Source: Spirochaetia bacterium
GTDB taxonomy: Bacteria; Spirochaetota; Spirochaetia; SZUA-6; Bin103
Direction: 5' to 3'
NCBI GenBank assembly: GCA_965199955.1
Contig: CBDATQ010000002.1
Location: forward strand, 1,056,001 to 1,120,000
DNA: 64,000 nucleotides
This document shows, piece by piece, positions 37,281-46,147 of the stretch. Within the stretch, counting starts at the first letter, position 1. The number at the start of each line of letters is the position of its first letter. The translations under genes were made by a program, and so were the position numbers. Under the pieces are notes generated by a model. The model was not told where the DNA came from. It worked only from the letters and a program-made list of their open reading frames with translations, and did not search any database.

Positions 37281-37850
37281 ATGCGTTGGATCGCAGTGTC
37301 GCTGTTGGCAGGCCTCGCCTGGGCCGCGGGCGCGCACGACGACGATCACGGGGGCGCGGCGTCGGAGGATGCAGGCGTCCTGGTAGCGCAGGAGGCCGCG
37401 CCGGTCGTCGACGGCGCCGTCACGGAGGGCGAGTACGGGGTCAGTCTGCAGTACGACGGCATCGTGATCAGCCTGGCGCTGGTGGGCGACACGCTGCACG
37501 CGGCGGCCGTCGCGGCCACCACCGGCTGGGTAGCCGTCGGATTCGGTTCCGACGTCATGGACGGGGCGCGGATCCTGTTCAGCTACGTCGAAGCGGACGG
37601 GACGGTGTTCTTCGCCGAGCAGGAGGGGAAGGGTCACAGGCACCACGACGTCGCCGATACGGTCGCGACCGCCCACGCGGTGAGCGAGGCCGACGGAGCC
37701 ACCACGCTGGAGGTGGCGCTTCCGGCGGCCTTCGTCCGCGACAGTGCCGGCGAGACGGGCATGTTCCCGATGATCATGGCGTACGGCAACCGTGACTCGG
37801 TGCGGCCCGTGCACCGGTTCTTCAAGAGCATCGAGCTGACCCTCGGCTGA
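37281..37850 (+). CDS. Secreted DOMON-domain protein
   Basis: Signal peptide MRWIAVSLLAGLAWAAGA; TTGWVAVGFGSDVMDGARI; C-terminal His. Confidence 0.75.
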   Translation: MRWIAVSLLAGLAWAAGAHDDDHGGAASEDAGVLVAQEAAPVVDGAVTEGEYGVSLQYDGIVISLALVGDTLHAAAVAATTGWVAVGFGSDVMDGARILFSYVEADGTVFFAEQEGKGHRHHDVADTVATAHAVSEADGATTLEVALPAAFVRDSAGETGMFPMIMAYGNRDSVRPVHRFFKSIELTLG

Positions 37851-37883
37851 TCGTAGCCCGAGCCTCGGGTGACGGTCTTGGGG

Positions 37884-38333
37884 CTACGCTCCGGCTTCAG
37901 CGGGTCCGCGCAGGCAGAGCCACGTTGCCTCCGCGGCCAGTTCCTCGCCCACGAACGCCTTGCCGCTCTGGCGGATCATCGCGGGAGAACTGCGCATGGT
38001 GGCGACCTCCAGCCGGACCTCGTCGCCGGGCCGTACCTGCCGCCGGAACCTGGCCTTTTCGACCGACGCCAGGAACAGGACCGAGCCGGCGCCGTCACGC
38101 GCCGACCCGTCGCTCTGCGCGGCGATGCCGGCGCCGCCGCACTGGGCCAGACACTCGACCAGCAGCACCCCCGGCACGACCGGATACGACGGGAAGTGGC
38201 CGGCGAAAAACGGCTCATCGGGCGCGAACTGCTTGTAGCCGACGACCAGGTCGGCGTCGGCCTGCTCCAGCCGGTCCAGGAACAGGAAGGGGGGCCGATG
38301 CGGGATCAGCTCCGTGACGGGCGGGAAGATCAC
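37884..38333 (-). CDS. fabZ: 3-hydroxyacyl-ACP dehydratase
   Basis: IPHRPPFLFLD, FFAGHFP..PVVPGVLLVECLAQ, RFRRQVRPGD. Confidence 0.92.
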   Translation of the reverse strand: MIFPPVTELIPHRPPFLFLDRLEQADADLVVGYKQFAPDEPFFAGHFPSYPVVPGVLLVECLAQCGGAGIAAQSDGSARDGAGSVLFLASVEKARFRRQVRPGDEVRLEVATMRSSPAMIRQSGKAFVGEELAAEATWLCLRGPAEAGA

Positions 38334-38335
38334 GG

Positions 38336-39589
38336 TCAGATGATCCCCAGGCGGCGTCCCACCGTGGAGGTGATCTCAACCACCCGATCCAGTTCCTCAT
38401 CGGTGTGGATCGCCATGTAAGAGGTTCGGATGAGCGCCTTGCCGGGCGGGACGCCGGGGCTGACCACCGGGTTGGCGTAAATCCCGGCCTCGAACAGTGC
38501 GTGCCAGAACTGGAACGTCAGATGGTCGTCGCCGATGATCAGCGGCACGATCGGCGTCTCGGCGACGTCGACGTTGAAGCCCAGGGCCTTGTATTCGCGG
38601 ATCATGCGCGCCGCGATCCGTTGCAGGCGTTGCGCGTGCTCGGGCTCGTCGCGCATGATCTTCAGCGCGGCGGCCGTGGCCGCCAGGTTGGCCGGCGGCA
38701 TGCTGGCGCTGAAGATCAGCGATCGGCCGTGGTGCTTGATGTAGTTCACGACATCGCGGTCTCCCGCCACGAAGCCGCCGATGGAGCCGAACGACTTGGA
38801 GAAGGTGCACATCACCAGGTCGGCGAGCGGCCGGCCGAAGTGCTCCTCGGTACCGCGGCCGGTGGGTCCGATCACGCCGATCGCGTGCGCCTCGTCCAGG
38901 TAGATGCGCGCACCGTGCCGGCGGGCGACCTCGGCCATCTCGTCCAGGCGGACGATGTCCCCCTCCATGCTGAACACCCCGTCGGTGACCACCAGCTTCC
39001 CGGCCTCGGCCGGTGCCGAGCTCAACGCCCGCTCCAGCTCCTCGGGGCTGTTGTGCGCGTAGCGGTGCACCTTGACGGTGCCCAGGCGCAGGCCCGAAAC
39101 GTGAAAGATGCCGTCCATGACCGATGCGTGGTTCAACCGGTCGGAAAAGACGTGGTCGTTCTTGCCGAGCAGGGAGGAGATCGCGCCCAAGTTGGTCTGG
39201 TAGCCGGTGGTGAAGCAGAGCGCGGCCTGCTTGCCGGCGAAGTCGGCGAGGTCCGCCTCCAACTCCTCGTGCAGGGTGAGCGTACCGTTCAGGTAGCGTG
39301 AGCCGGAGCAGCTCGTGCCGTAGCGCTTCACCGCCGCGATCGCCGCCTCCCGGACGCGCGGGTCCCAGGATAGCCCAAGGTAGTTGTTGGAGCCGATCAT
39401 CAACAACTCGCGGCCGTCGATCACCGCGGTGGTGCCCCTTACCTCCTGAATGGCGGCGAAGTAGGGGTAGAAGCCGATCTGCCCGACCTGGTCGTCGAAC
39501 CACGCCTGATAGTCGCGACACCTCTGAAACAGGTCGACCGGTGGGCGCGTGGCGGTGGGCCCGTGGCTGTCAGCGTCGCCCGTGGTCAT
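38336..39589 (-). CDS. Alpha-oxoamine synthase, serine palmitoyltransferase-like
   Basis: YPYF, GSNNYLGL, GSRYLNGT, NHAS, DGVFSMEGD, DEAH, TFSKSFGSIGG, IFSAS, RTSYMA.H. Confidence 0.85.
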   Translation of the reverse strand: MTTGDADSHGPTATRPPVDLFQRCRDYQAWFDDQVGQIGFYPYFAAIQEVRGTTAVIDGRELLMIGSNNYLGLSWDPRVREAAIAAVKRYGTSCSGSRYLNGTLTLHEELEADLADFAGKQAALCFTTGYQTNLGAISSLLGKNDHVFSDRLNHASVMDGIFHVSGLRLGTVKVHRYAHNSPEELERALSSAPAEAGKLVVTDGVFSMEGDIVRLDEMAEVARRHGARIYLDEAHAIGVIGPTGRGTEEHFGRPLADLVMCTFSKSFGSIGGFVAGDRDVVNYIKHHGRSLIFSASMPPANLAATAAALKIMRDEPEHAQRLQRIAARMIREYKALGFNVDVAETPIVPLIIGDDHLTFQFWHALFEAGIYANPVVSPGVPPGKALIRTSYMAIHTDEELDRVVEITSTVGRRLGII

Positions 39590-39673
39590 ACATCGGAGAG
39601 GTCGGATCTCGGATCAACGGAGCAGCGGCCCATAACGTCGGCGGCTACTGATACTACGGAACCTGCCCCGGCA

Positions 39674-40312
39674 TCAACCGTCCTCGACCAGGGCGGCGAA
39701 CATGCTGCGCATCGGTTCGGAGTCCCAGTCGCGCACGCCGATCGCCCGCGCGACGATCGTGCCTTCCGGATCGAGGATGTAGGTCATCGGCAGCGATCGG
39801 GCTGCGTACGCGCGTCCGGTCGACAGGTCGTGGTCGATCACGATCTCGAAGGTGATGCCGGTCTCCTCCACGAAGCGCCGGACGTCGCCGGTCTCCTCGC
39901 CGATGTCGACACCGACGACCCGGAGGCCGCGCCCGGCGAGCTCCTGGTGCAGCCGCTCCAGGGCCGGCATCTCGATCCGGCACGGCGCGCACCAGGTCGC
40001 CCAGAAGTTGAGCAGCACGTAGCTGCCCGCGTAGTCGTCCAGGGTGCGGGTGGTGCCGTCCATCGCCGACAGCTCGAAGGGGACGCGCGCCTCCTTGCGG
40101 GCCGGCTCGAATCCCAGGTCCGCCATCGTCTCCAGGACGGATTTTTCGGTGTCCGCGGGGGCCCCGGCCGGCGCGGAACCGCCCGCGGGCGCATCCGCCG
40201 CTTCGACCGCCCGGGCCGGTCCGGGCGGGTCGCCACGCTCCGAACAGCCGAACAACGCCAGCGAAAGCACCGCGGCCAGGATCGCGGCCGCCCGCGTTCC
40301 GGCTCCCTTCAT
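39674..40312 (-). CDS. TlpA/ResA-like thiol-disulfide oxidoreductase lipoprotein
   Basis: Lipobox LFGC; LNFWATWCAPCRIEMP. Confidence 0.9.
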   Translation of the reverse strand: MKGAGTRAAAILAAVLSLALFGCSERGDPPGPARAVEAADAPAGGSAPAGAPADTEKSVLETMADLGFEPARKEARVPFELSAMDGTTRTLDDYAGSYVLLNFWATWCAPCRIEMPALERLHQELAGRGLRVVGVDIGEETGDVRRFVEETGITFEIVIDHDLSTGRAYAARSLPMTYILDPEGTIVARAIGVRDWDSEPMRSMFAALVEDG

Positions 40313-40408
40313 GGGCACATGATACGAACGCCCCCCTTCGCCGGAAACCGCCGGACGATCGCGGCCGTCTGAAGCGGCACGTTCGGATCGGCCGTTGCGG
40401 TAGGTGAG

Positions 40409-41740
40409 GTGGGACCGTCCTTCGTCGCCGCGGCAGTCGCGGCGGGTGCGTTGAGCGTGGCGCCGGCCGTGCTGCCGCTGGCGATCGGGATCATCGCCGG
40501 TGCGGCGGCGGCCGGCGGCATTCTCCGGGCGTGCGGGACGGTGGGGGCGCATCCGCCGCTTCGCGCCTGCGGCGCGGCGGCCCTGTTCGGGGCGATGCTG
40601 GCGGCAAACGGGGTCGTGAGGATGCGGATGGAGGAACGGTCGGCCTACGTCGGGCTCGCCGCCTCCGGGCCGCTGGTGGTGCACGGCGCGGTGGTGGACG
40701 ACAGCCGTCCCCTGGCGCGAGGCGGCACGGCGCTTGCGGTCCAGGTCTCCTCGGTCTCCCGTCCGGACGGAGTTCTGCGGGCCACGGCGCGCCAGCGAAT
40801 GGAGCTGTTTCTGCGGGAGGCGGAGTCCGTACACCGGGGAGAAGTGCTGTCGGTCGTGCTGGCAGCGCCGCCGGAGCGCTGGCGCGGGCGGCTGGTCGGG
40901 CGGCCGTCGCACCTGGAGCGACACGGGTTTCGATCGCGTTTCTGGCGTCTGCGGGCGTCGCTCCGCGAGCGGGTCGTGGCGGCGCTCGCGCGGGCCGGTC
41001 CGGCCGCCGGGCTGGCCACGGCGGTGCTGGTCGGCGACCGGCGGTACCTTGACCAGGCCGTGATCGACCGGTTCAGGCGGGCCGGTGCGTCTCACCTGCT
41101 GGCGTTGTCCGGCCTCCACGTGGGCATCGTCTACGGCTGCGTGCTCATGCTCATGCGGCTGGCGCCGCGGCGCGCCGGGCCGCCGGTGGCCGCAGCGGTC
41201 GCCGCGGCGTATGCGCTGATCGCGACCGGCGGCCCGGCGCTGGCCCGCGCGGCGATGATGGCCTCGGTCGGATCGCTGCTGGCGGTGACCGACCGCGAAC
41301 GGCGTCCCGTGCCGATCATCGCGCTGGCCGCGCTCATGCTGCTGGCAGTCGAGCCCGGCGCCGCCGCGCAGCTCTCGTTCCAGCTCTCGTTTCTGGCTCT
41401 GCTGGGCGTGCTGGCCGGTGCCCGGATCGCCGCCCGCCTGCCGCCGGGGCCGGTCCGCTGGATCGGCGGGGCCGTGCTCTGCTCGGTCGGTGCCCAGGTC
41501 GCCACGGCGCCGCTCGTTCTGACGACGTTCGGCGTTCTGTACCCGGGGTCGGTACTGCTCGCGCCCCTGCTGATGCCCGCCGTGACGGTCTTCCTGGTGG
41601 CCGCGCTCGGCATGGGCGTCGCCGGTCAGCTCACGGTGTCGTTTCCGTCCGAGGCCGCTGGCGCGCTCCTCAATCTGGCGTTTATCATCCTCGACACGGG
41701 GGTTTCGCTCAGCGCCGCCGTCCCCGGGATCTCCCTATGA
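40409..41740 (+). CDS. comEC: ComEC/Rec2 competence protein (no beta-lactamase-fold domain)
   Basis: FRRAGASHLLALSGLHVG, RAAMM, SFQLSF; multiple TM segments. Confidence 0.85.
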   Translation: MGPSFVAAAVAAGALSVAPAVLPLAIGIIAGAAAAGGILRACGTVGAHPPLRACGAAALFGAMLAANGVVRMRMEERSAYVGLAASGPLVVHGAVVDDSRPLARGGTALAVQVSSVSRPDGVLRATARQRMELFLREAESVHRGEVLSVVLAAPPERWRGRLVGRPSHLERHGFRSRFWRLRASLRERVVAALARAGPAAGLATAVLVGDRRYLDQAVIDRFRRAGASHLLALSGLHVGIVYGCVLMLMRLAPRRAGPPVAAAVAAAYALIATGGPALARAAMMASVGSLLAVTDRERRPVPIIALAALMLLAVEPGAAAQLSFQLSFLALLGVLAGARIAARLPPGPVRWIGGAVLCSVGAQVATAPLVLTTFGVLYPGSVLLAPLLMPAVTVFLVAALGMGVAGQLTVSFPSEAAGALLNLAFIILDTGVSLSAAVPGISL

Positions 41741-41750
41741 ACGACGCCCC

Positions 41751-42620
41751 GTGAATCACGACTCGCCCACCGATATCAGGCAGGCGATGGAAGCCGCCGG
41801 CATCGCCCTGAAGAAGCGTTGGGGGCAGAACTTCATGATCAACCGCGGGGCGCGGCGCAAGATCGTGGAGCTCCTCGACGCCCAGCCCGACGAGTTGATC
41901 TGGGAGATCGGAGCGGGCTTGGGCGCCTTGACCGAGATGATCGCGCCGCTGGCCGCTGCCATCGTGGCGTTCGAGAGCGACCATGGCCTGGTGCGGCACC
42001 TCGAGTCCGGGTTCTCGGGATCGAGCGTGCGGGTCGTGGCCGGAGATTTCCTCGAGACCCGCGAACATGCCGTCGCGGCACACGGCGCGCCGCGCCGGGT
42101 TGTCGGCAACCTTCCGTACAGCAGCGGGGCTGCCATCGTGGCCGCGCTGGTGGAGCATGGGCCACAGGTCGGCCGCATGGTGTTCACGCTGCAGAAAGAG
42201 GTGGTCGACCGGATGTGCGCGCCGGCGGGGTCGCGCACCTACTCGTCGTTCTCCGCCATCTGCCAGGCGTTCTACACCGTCGCCAATCGGGGTGCGCTGC
42301 AGCCCGGGTCGTTCTTTCCGGCGCCGGAGGTACAGTCCGGCGTGGTGACCATGGACGTGCGCGCGGACGCCGATCGAGTCCGGGACCCGGCCGTGTTCTT
42401 TGCGTTGGTCCGTTCGGCGTTTGCGGCCCGACGCAAGACGCTGCGCAACAATCTCTTGCGGGAATCACCGTTCCCGCTGAGCAAGCGCGACCTGTTGGCG
42501 GTCGTGCATCACATGGGCGTGGAAGCGGGCGTTCGTGCGGAGACGCTCGGCGCGGACGAGTTGGTCGCGGTCAGCAACCAGATCTCGGTGCTGGTCGAGC
42601 GCCGATCGAGCGAATCGTGA
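41751..42620 (+). CDS. rsmA: 16S rRNA adenine dimethyltransferase
   Basis: KKRWGQNF, EIGAGLGALT, GNLPY, QKEV, FFPAPEVQS, RRKTLRNNL. Confidence 0.95.
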   Translation: MNHDSPTDIRQAMEAAGIALKKRWGQNFMINRGARRKIVELLDAQPDELIWEIGAGLGALTEMIAPLAAAIVAFESDHGLVRHLESGFSGSSVRVVAGDFLETREHAVAAHGAPRRVVGNLPYSSGAAIVAALVEHGPQVGRMVFTLQKEVVDRMCAPAGSRTYSSFSAICQAFYTVANRGALQPGSFFPAPEVQSGVVTMDVRADADRVRDPAVFFALVRSAFAARRKTLRNNLLRESPFPLSKRDLLAVVHHMGVEAGVRAETLGADELVAVSNQISVLVERRSSES

Positions 42621-43360
42621 ACGGCCTGGAGCTCGGCATCTACGGCCTCGGCAGGTTCGGGACCTTCTGGGCGGAACGCCTGGCGGACCATGCGGAGGTG
42701 AAGGCGTACTCCCGGCGCAGCCGTTCCGCCCCGGCCGGCGTCGAGCTGGTCTCCGAGGAGCGGCTGCTGGAGTGCCCGGTGTTGATCCTGTGCGTCGCGA
42801 TCTCGGCGATAGAGCAGGTGCTCGGCCGGATCCGTGACCGGTTGCCGGCGGGCGTGACGGTCATGGACACCTGCTCGGTAAAGGTCCACCCGAGCCGGCT
42901 GATGGCCGAGCTGTTGCCGGACGACGCGCGGATCCTCGGCACGCATCCCATGTTCGGCCCGGATTCGGGCCGTGAAACGATCGCCGGCCTGCCGATGGTG
43001 CTCTGTCCGGTCCGCATCGACCGGGAACCTCTGGCCCGGTGGGAGCACTTCTTCGCCGGGCTCGAGCTGCACGTGGTCGTGATGGACGCGGACGCGCACG
43101 ATCGGGAGGCGGCGTTCACGCAGGGTGTCACCCACTACGTCGGGCGCGTTCTCGCCGAGATGCGTCTGCGCGAGTCCGGCATCGCGCCGCTTGGCTACCA
43201 GCGGCTGCTGTCCATCGTGGAGCAGACCTGCAACGATCCGTGGCAGCTCTTCGCCGATCTGCAGCGGTTCAATCGTCACACCGTGGAGATGCGCGCCCGG
43301 CTGGAGGAGGCGTTTCTCAACATCGCCAGGCGGCTGGACGACCCGTCGGATGACCGGTAG
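42617..43360 (+). CDS. tyrA: Prephenate dehydrogenase
   Basis: GIYGLGRFG, DTCSVK, THPMFGP, HDREAAFTQGVTH. Confidence 0.88.
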   Translation: MNGLELGIYGLGRFGTFWAERLADHAEVKAYSRRSRSAPAGVELVSEERLLECPVLILCVAISAIEQVLGRIRDRLPAGVTVMDTCSVKVHPSRLMAELLPDDARILGTHPMFGPDSGRETIAGLPMVLCPVRIDREPLARWEHFFAGLELHVVVMDADAHDREAAFTQGVTHYVGRVLAEMRLRESGIAPLGYQRLLSIVEQTCNDPWQLFADLQRFNRHTVEMRARLEEAFLNIARRLDDPSDDR

Positions 43361-43455
43361 CCGCGCATACCCGGCCGTCGAGGCGGCGAGCGCCGTACCC
43401 ATCGGGAGCGCAGGCCGCCCTTGTCGCGGACCGGGCAACGCGCCAGACTGACCGG

Positions 43456-43866
43456 GTGGCAAGCGCTATGTCGGCCCGGCACCTCGCCGAATTCGACGAG
43501 AGCACGATCGACACGATTCTCGGCGAGGACGTGCAGTTCACCGGGGAGCTGAGCTTCGAACGGGCGCTGATCGTCAAGGGCGACCTGAACGGCAAGATCA
43601 CGGTCTCCGGCACGCTGTACGTCGACGAGCACGCCACGGTGGCGGCACGCGTGGAGGTGGAGCGGCTTCGCTGCAAGGGCAGGATCGAGGGCGACGTGAT
43701 CGCCCGCCGCGGCGTCGAGCTGTACTCGACCGCGGACGTCACGGGCGACGTGGCTACCCCCGAGCTGGTGATGGAGGGCGGCAGCAGGCTCAACGGCCGC
43801 TGCGTGATGGGTGGCGATCCGGGATCGGGCGCCGGAGATGCCGCGCGTCCGGCGGAGGCCACGTAG
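43456..43866 (+). CDS. Bactofilin (polymer-forming cytoskeletal protein)
   Basis: TILGEDVQFTGEL...VKGDLNGKI...VTGDVATPELVMEGGSRLNGRC. Confidence 0.88.
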   Translation: MASAMSARHLAEFDESTIDTILGEDVQFTGELSFERALIVKGDLNGKITVSGTLYVDEHATVAARVEVERLRCKGRIEGDVIARRGVELYSTADVTGDVATPELVMEGGSRLNGRCVMGGDPGSGAGDAARPAEAT

Positions 43867-43993
43867 TACCTCATCAAACTGATGTCGACGGGTGACAATA
43901 GGTGGCGACACGGGCTTCAAGCGCGCTGGAACAGCGCGCACGAGATCGAGTCCCGTGGCACGCACCCCCAAGCTACAATTTGATGGGGTACTA
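43864..43993. mobile_element. 130-bp MITE/ERIC-like palindromic element bounded by TA
   Basis: Ends TAGTACCTCATCAAACTG and CAATTTGATGGGGTACTA are inverted repeats (16/18); nested internal stems. Confidence 0.65.
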
Positions 43994-44045
43994 TCAGGCG
44001 AGAAGGCGTTGACCATGGCCGCTGCCACTGGTCATATGTTGTGTG

Positions 44046-44118
44046 GGGCCGCTAGCTCAGGTGGTAGAGCAACAGCCTTTTAAGCTGTGGGTCGACGGTT
44101 CGAATCCGTCGCGGCTCA
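44046..44118 (+). tRNA. tRNA-Lys(TTT), CCA not encoded
   Basis: Acceptor GGGCCGC/GCGGCTC, D arm GCTC/GAGC, anticodon arm ACAGC-CTTTTAA-GCTGT, T arm GACGG-TTCGAAT-CCGTC. Confidence 0.95.
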
Positions 44119-44305
44119 TCCCTCCCTTCGACCGATGTAGAGCAGATGGATGGACGAAGCGACCATGCTCGGCTCGCCACTGACCTAGAACAGCAGATCG
44201 AGCCAGAGATCTCGCTGCGTCCCGGTGAGCGCGTTGTACGCTTCGTCGTACGCCGCGACGACTGGTTCGACGCCGGCAATTCGAACAGTTCGGAATCCGG
44301 CGGCC

Positions 44306-44641
44306 TCATGCATGCCGATCCCGGCGATCGAAGGCAGACTGCAACTGCGCCGCCGCGTCCAGCGTCAGCGAGCCGTCGCGCAGCCGCTCACCGGTGCCTG
44401 CCATCTGCGCGCACAGCTTCATGGCGCCGATCCGCCGATACGTGGCGCCGTCGCCGTAGCCGAACCCGCGCTTGACGTAGTCGAACAGGCTGGAGAAGCC
44501 GCGGCGCAGGTACAGCGCGCGCGCCTCGATCTCCAGCAGGTGGTCGATGAGGAAGACCTGGAGCTGACGATCGAGCTGCACCAACCTGTCGGTCTGCGCC
44601 AGAAGCTGGTCGTCGGAGAGGCCGGAAACGGACCAGACGAT
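44306..44641 (-). pseudogene. N-terminal helical fragment of a DUF222-like/HNH endonuclease protein
   Basis: LSDDQLL...HLLEIEARALYLRRGFSSLFDYV...GYGDGATYRRIGAMKL...DGSLTL; no HNH motif follows. Confidence 0.65.
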
Positions 44642-44775
44642 CTCATGAAACCCCTCCAGAGTGAGGCGCTCGCGGAGAAGTCCGGATCGCGCGAGGTCAT
44701 CCGTGTCGACTGCGCTGAGGCCGCGGTTCGCTGGAAGCGCAGGTCGTGTCCGCCTGTCCTGCAGTGGGGCAACCC

Positions 44776-45021
44776 GTGAGCGAAGGCTTCGAGACCTATT
44801 GCGGCCTCCTGCGACTGTATGACGGGTTCGCCGCAGAGGAAGATGGCTCCGTCCCGGAATTCGAGTATGACCACGCTCACCCCGGACTCCGCGAGCTTCG
44901 CGATCGCTACCGGCTCGACGACGTCGCCGCCGACGCTGACAAGATGACGCGCAGTATGCGGCTGCTGGCCTGGCTGCATCGCCACGTGCGGCACGCCGAC
45001 ACGCCCGACCGGTTAGCGCTA
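44776..45021 (+). pseudogene. N-terminal remnant of a putative transglutaminase-like protein
   Basis: FEYDHAHPGLRELRDRYRLDDVA...RLLAWLHRHVRH, then runs into the convergent SDR gene. Confidence 0.45.
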
Positions 45022-45855
45022 CACCGTCGTGTCGGTCAGATAGGAGTAGGCTCGCAGCGGAGCCACCGCCAGCAGGCCGCCGTCGACCGGTATCGTCACG
45101 CCGGATATCCAGCGCGACTCGTCGCTGGACAGGAACACGGCCAGCCACGCCACGTCCCAAGGCGTGCCTTCGGTGCCCAGGGGCGATGCGTTCTTGCGGA
45201 GTTCCCGCGCCCCCGGCCTCATCAGCCGGGTGGGGAAAGCGCCGTGTACGTGACCCGGCGCGATGCAGTTTGCGCGAATGCCCTGGCGTCCGTGATTGGA
45301 TGCCGTGGTCTTGGTCAGCATGTGCAGTGCACCCTTGGTGAGGGAGTAGGGCACGGTCTGCGAGTAGGGCGCGGCGATGCCGTCGATGGACGAGACGTAG
45401 ATGATCGACCCGCCCCCGGATCGCTCCATCGCGGGAACCGCGTACCTGGTGGCGAGCGCCGGTCCCTTGAGGTTCACCGCCACGTTGCGGTCGAAGTTCT
45501 CGTCCTCGAAGGTCACCACGGTACCCTTGCCGACTACGGCCGCGTTGTTGAACAGCACGTGCAGCGCGCCGAACCGCTCCATGGCCACGGCGACCATCGC
45601 CTGACACGCGGCCGCATCGCTGACGTCGGCCGCTACCACCGTTGCCTCGCCGCCTTCGGCGATGATGTCACAGCAGGTGCGCTCTGCATTCTCGGCGGAC
45701 ACGTCGGCCACCACCACCCTGGCGCCGGCCCGGGCGAACAGCAGGGCGGTGGCGCGCCCGATGCCGAGCTCCTCCGTGTCGCTGCGGGTGCCGCCGCCGG
45801 CGACGATCGCGACCTTGCCGGTCAGTCGGCCGGATGGTCCGGTGTCGTCCTTCAT
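45019..45855 (-). CDS. Short-chain dehydrogenase/reductase
   Basis: GKVAIVAGGG...GIGRA, NNAA, YSLTK, IRANCIAPG, VDGG. Confidence 0.9.
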   Translation of the reverse strand: MKDDTGPSGRLTGKVAIVAGGGTRSDTEELGIGRATALLFARAGARVVVADVSAENAERTCCDIIAEGGEATVVAADVSDAAACQAMVAVAMERFGALHVLFNNAAVVGKGTVVTFEDENFDRNVAVNLKGPALATRYAVPAMERSGGGSIIYVSSIDGIAAPYSQTVPYSLTKGALHMLTKTTASNHGRQGIRANCIAPGHVHGAFPTRLMRPGARELRKNASPLGTEGTPWDVAWLAVFLSSDESRWISGVTIPVDGGLLAVAPLRAYSYLTDTTV

Positions 45856-46035
45856 GGCGCCTGGGTTTCCCGGGCTGCCGCGATGGCCTGCAGCGTCGGG
45901 TCGAGCGTGACGAGGTTGTCGCGTCCGCTGTGCTCGGGCTCGCGGTCCTCCTCGATCGGGGGGTGGAACCACGAGTGTACGCCCGTCTTCGGGTGATTGA
46001 GCTGCCACAGCAGTTTTCCCGCGTCGAAACAGGTT

Positions 46036-46113
46036 GTAGCCGACCCTTTGGCGACCAGCGGCGATTCCACGGACCCAACGCTATTCCGCCGCCTCGTGCG
46101 GGACAAGGTCGGC
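46036..46113. repeat. Degenerate GTAG-type REP/REPIN-like inverted repeat
   Basis: GTAGCCGACCCTTTG ... CAAGGTCGGC, with inner GCGGCG/CGCCGC arms. Confidence 0.4.
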
Positions 46114-46147
46114 GTTCGGGGGCGTCGTCTCCGCCGGCTGTCCGGAG

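Noticed and set aside
45852..46010. Possible C-terminal gene stub overlapping the SDR start (QLNHPKTGVHSWFHPP...)
   Set aside because: The ATGA overlap is suggestive, but I cannot recognise a family.
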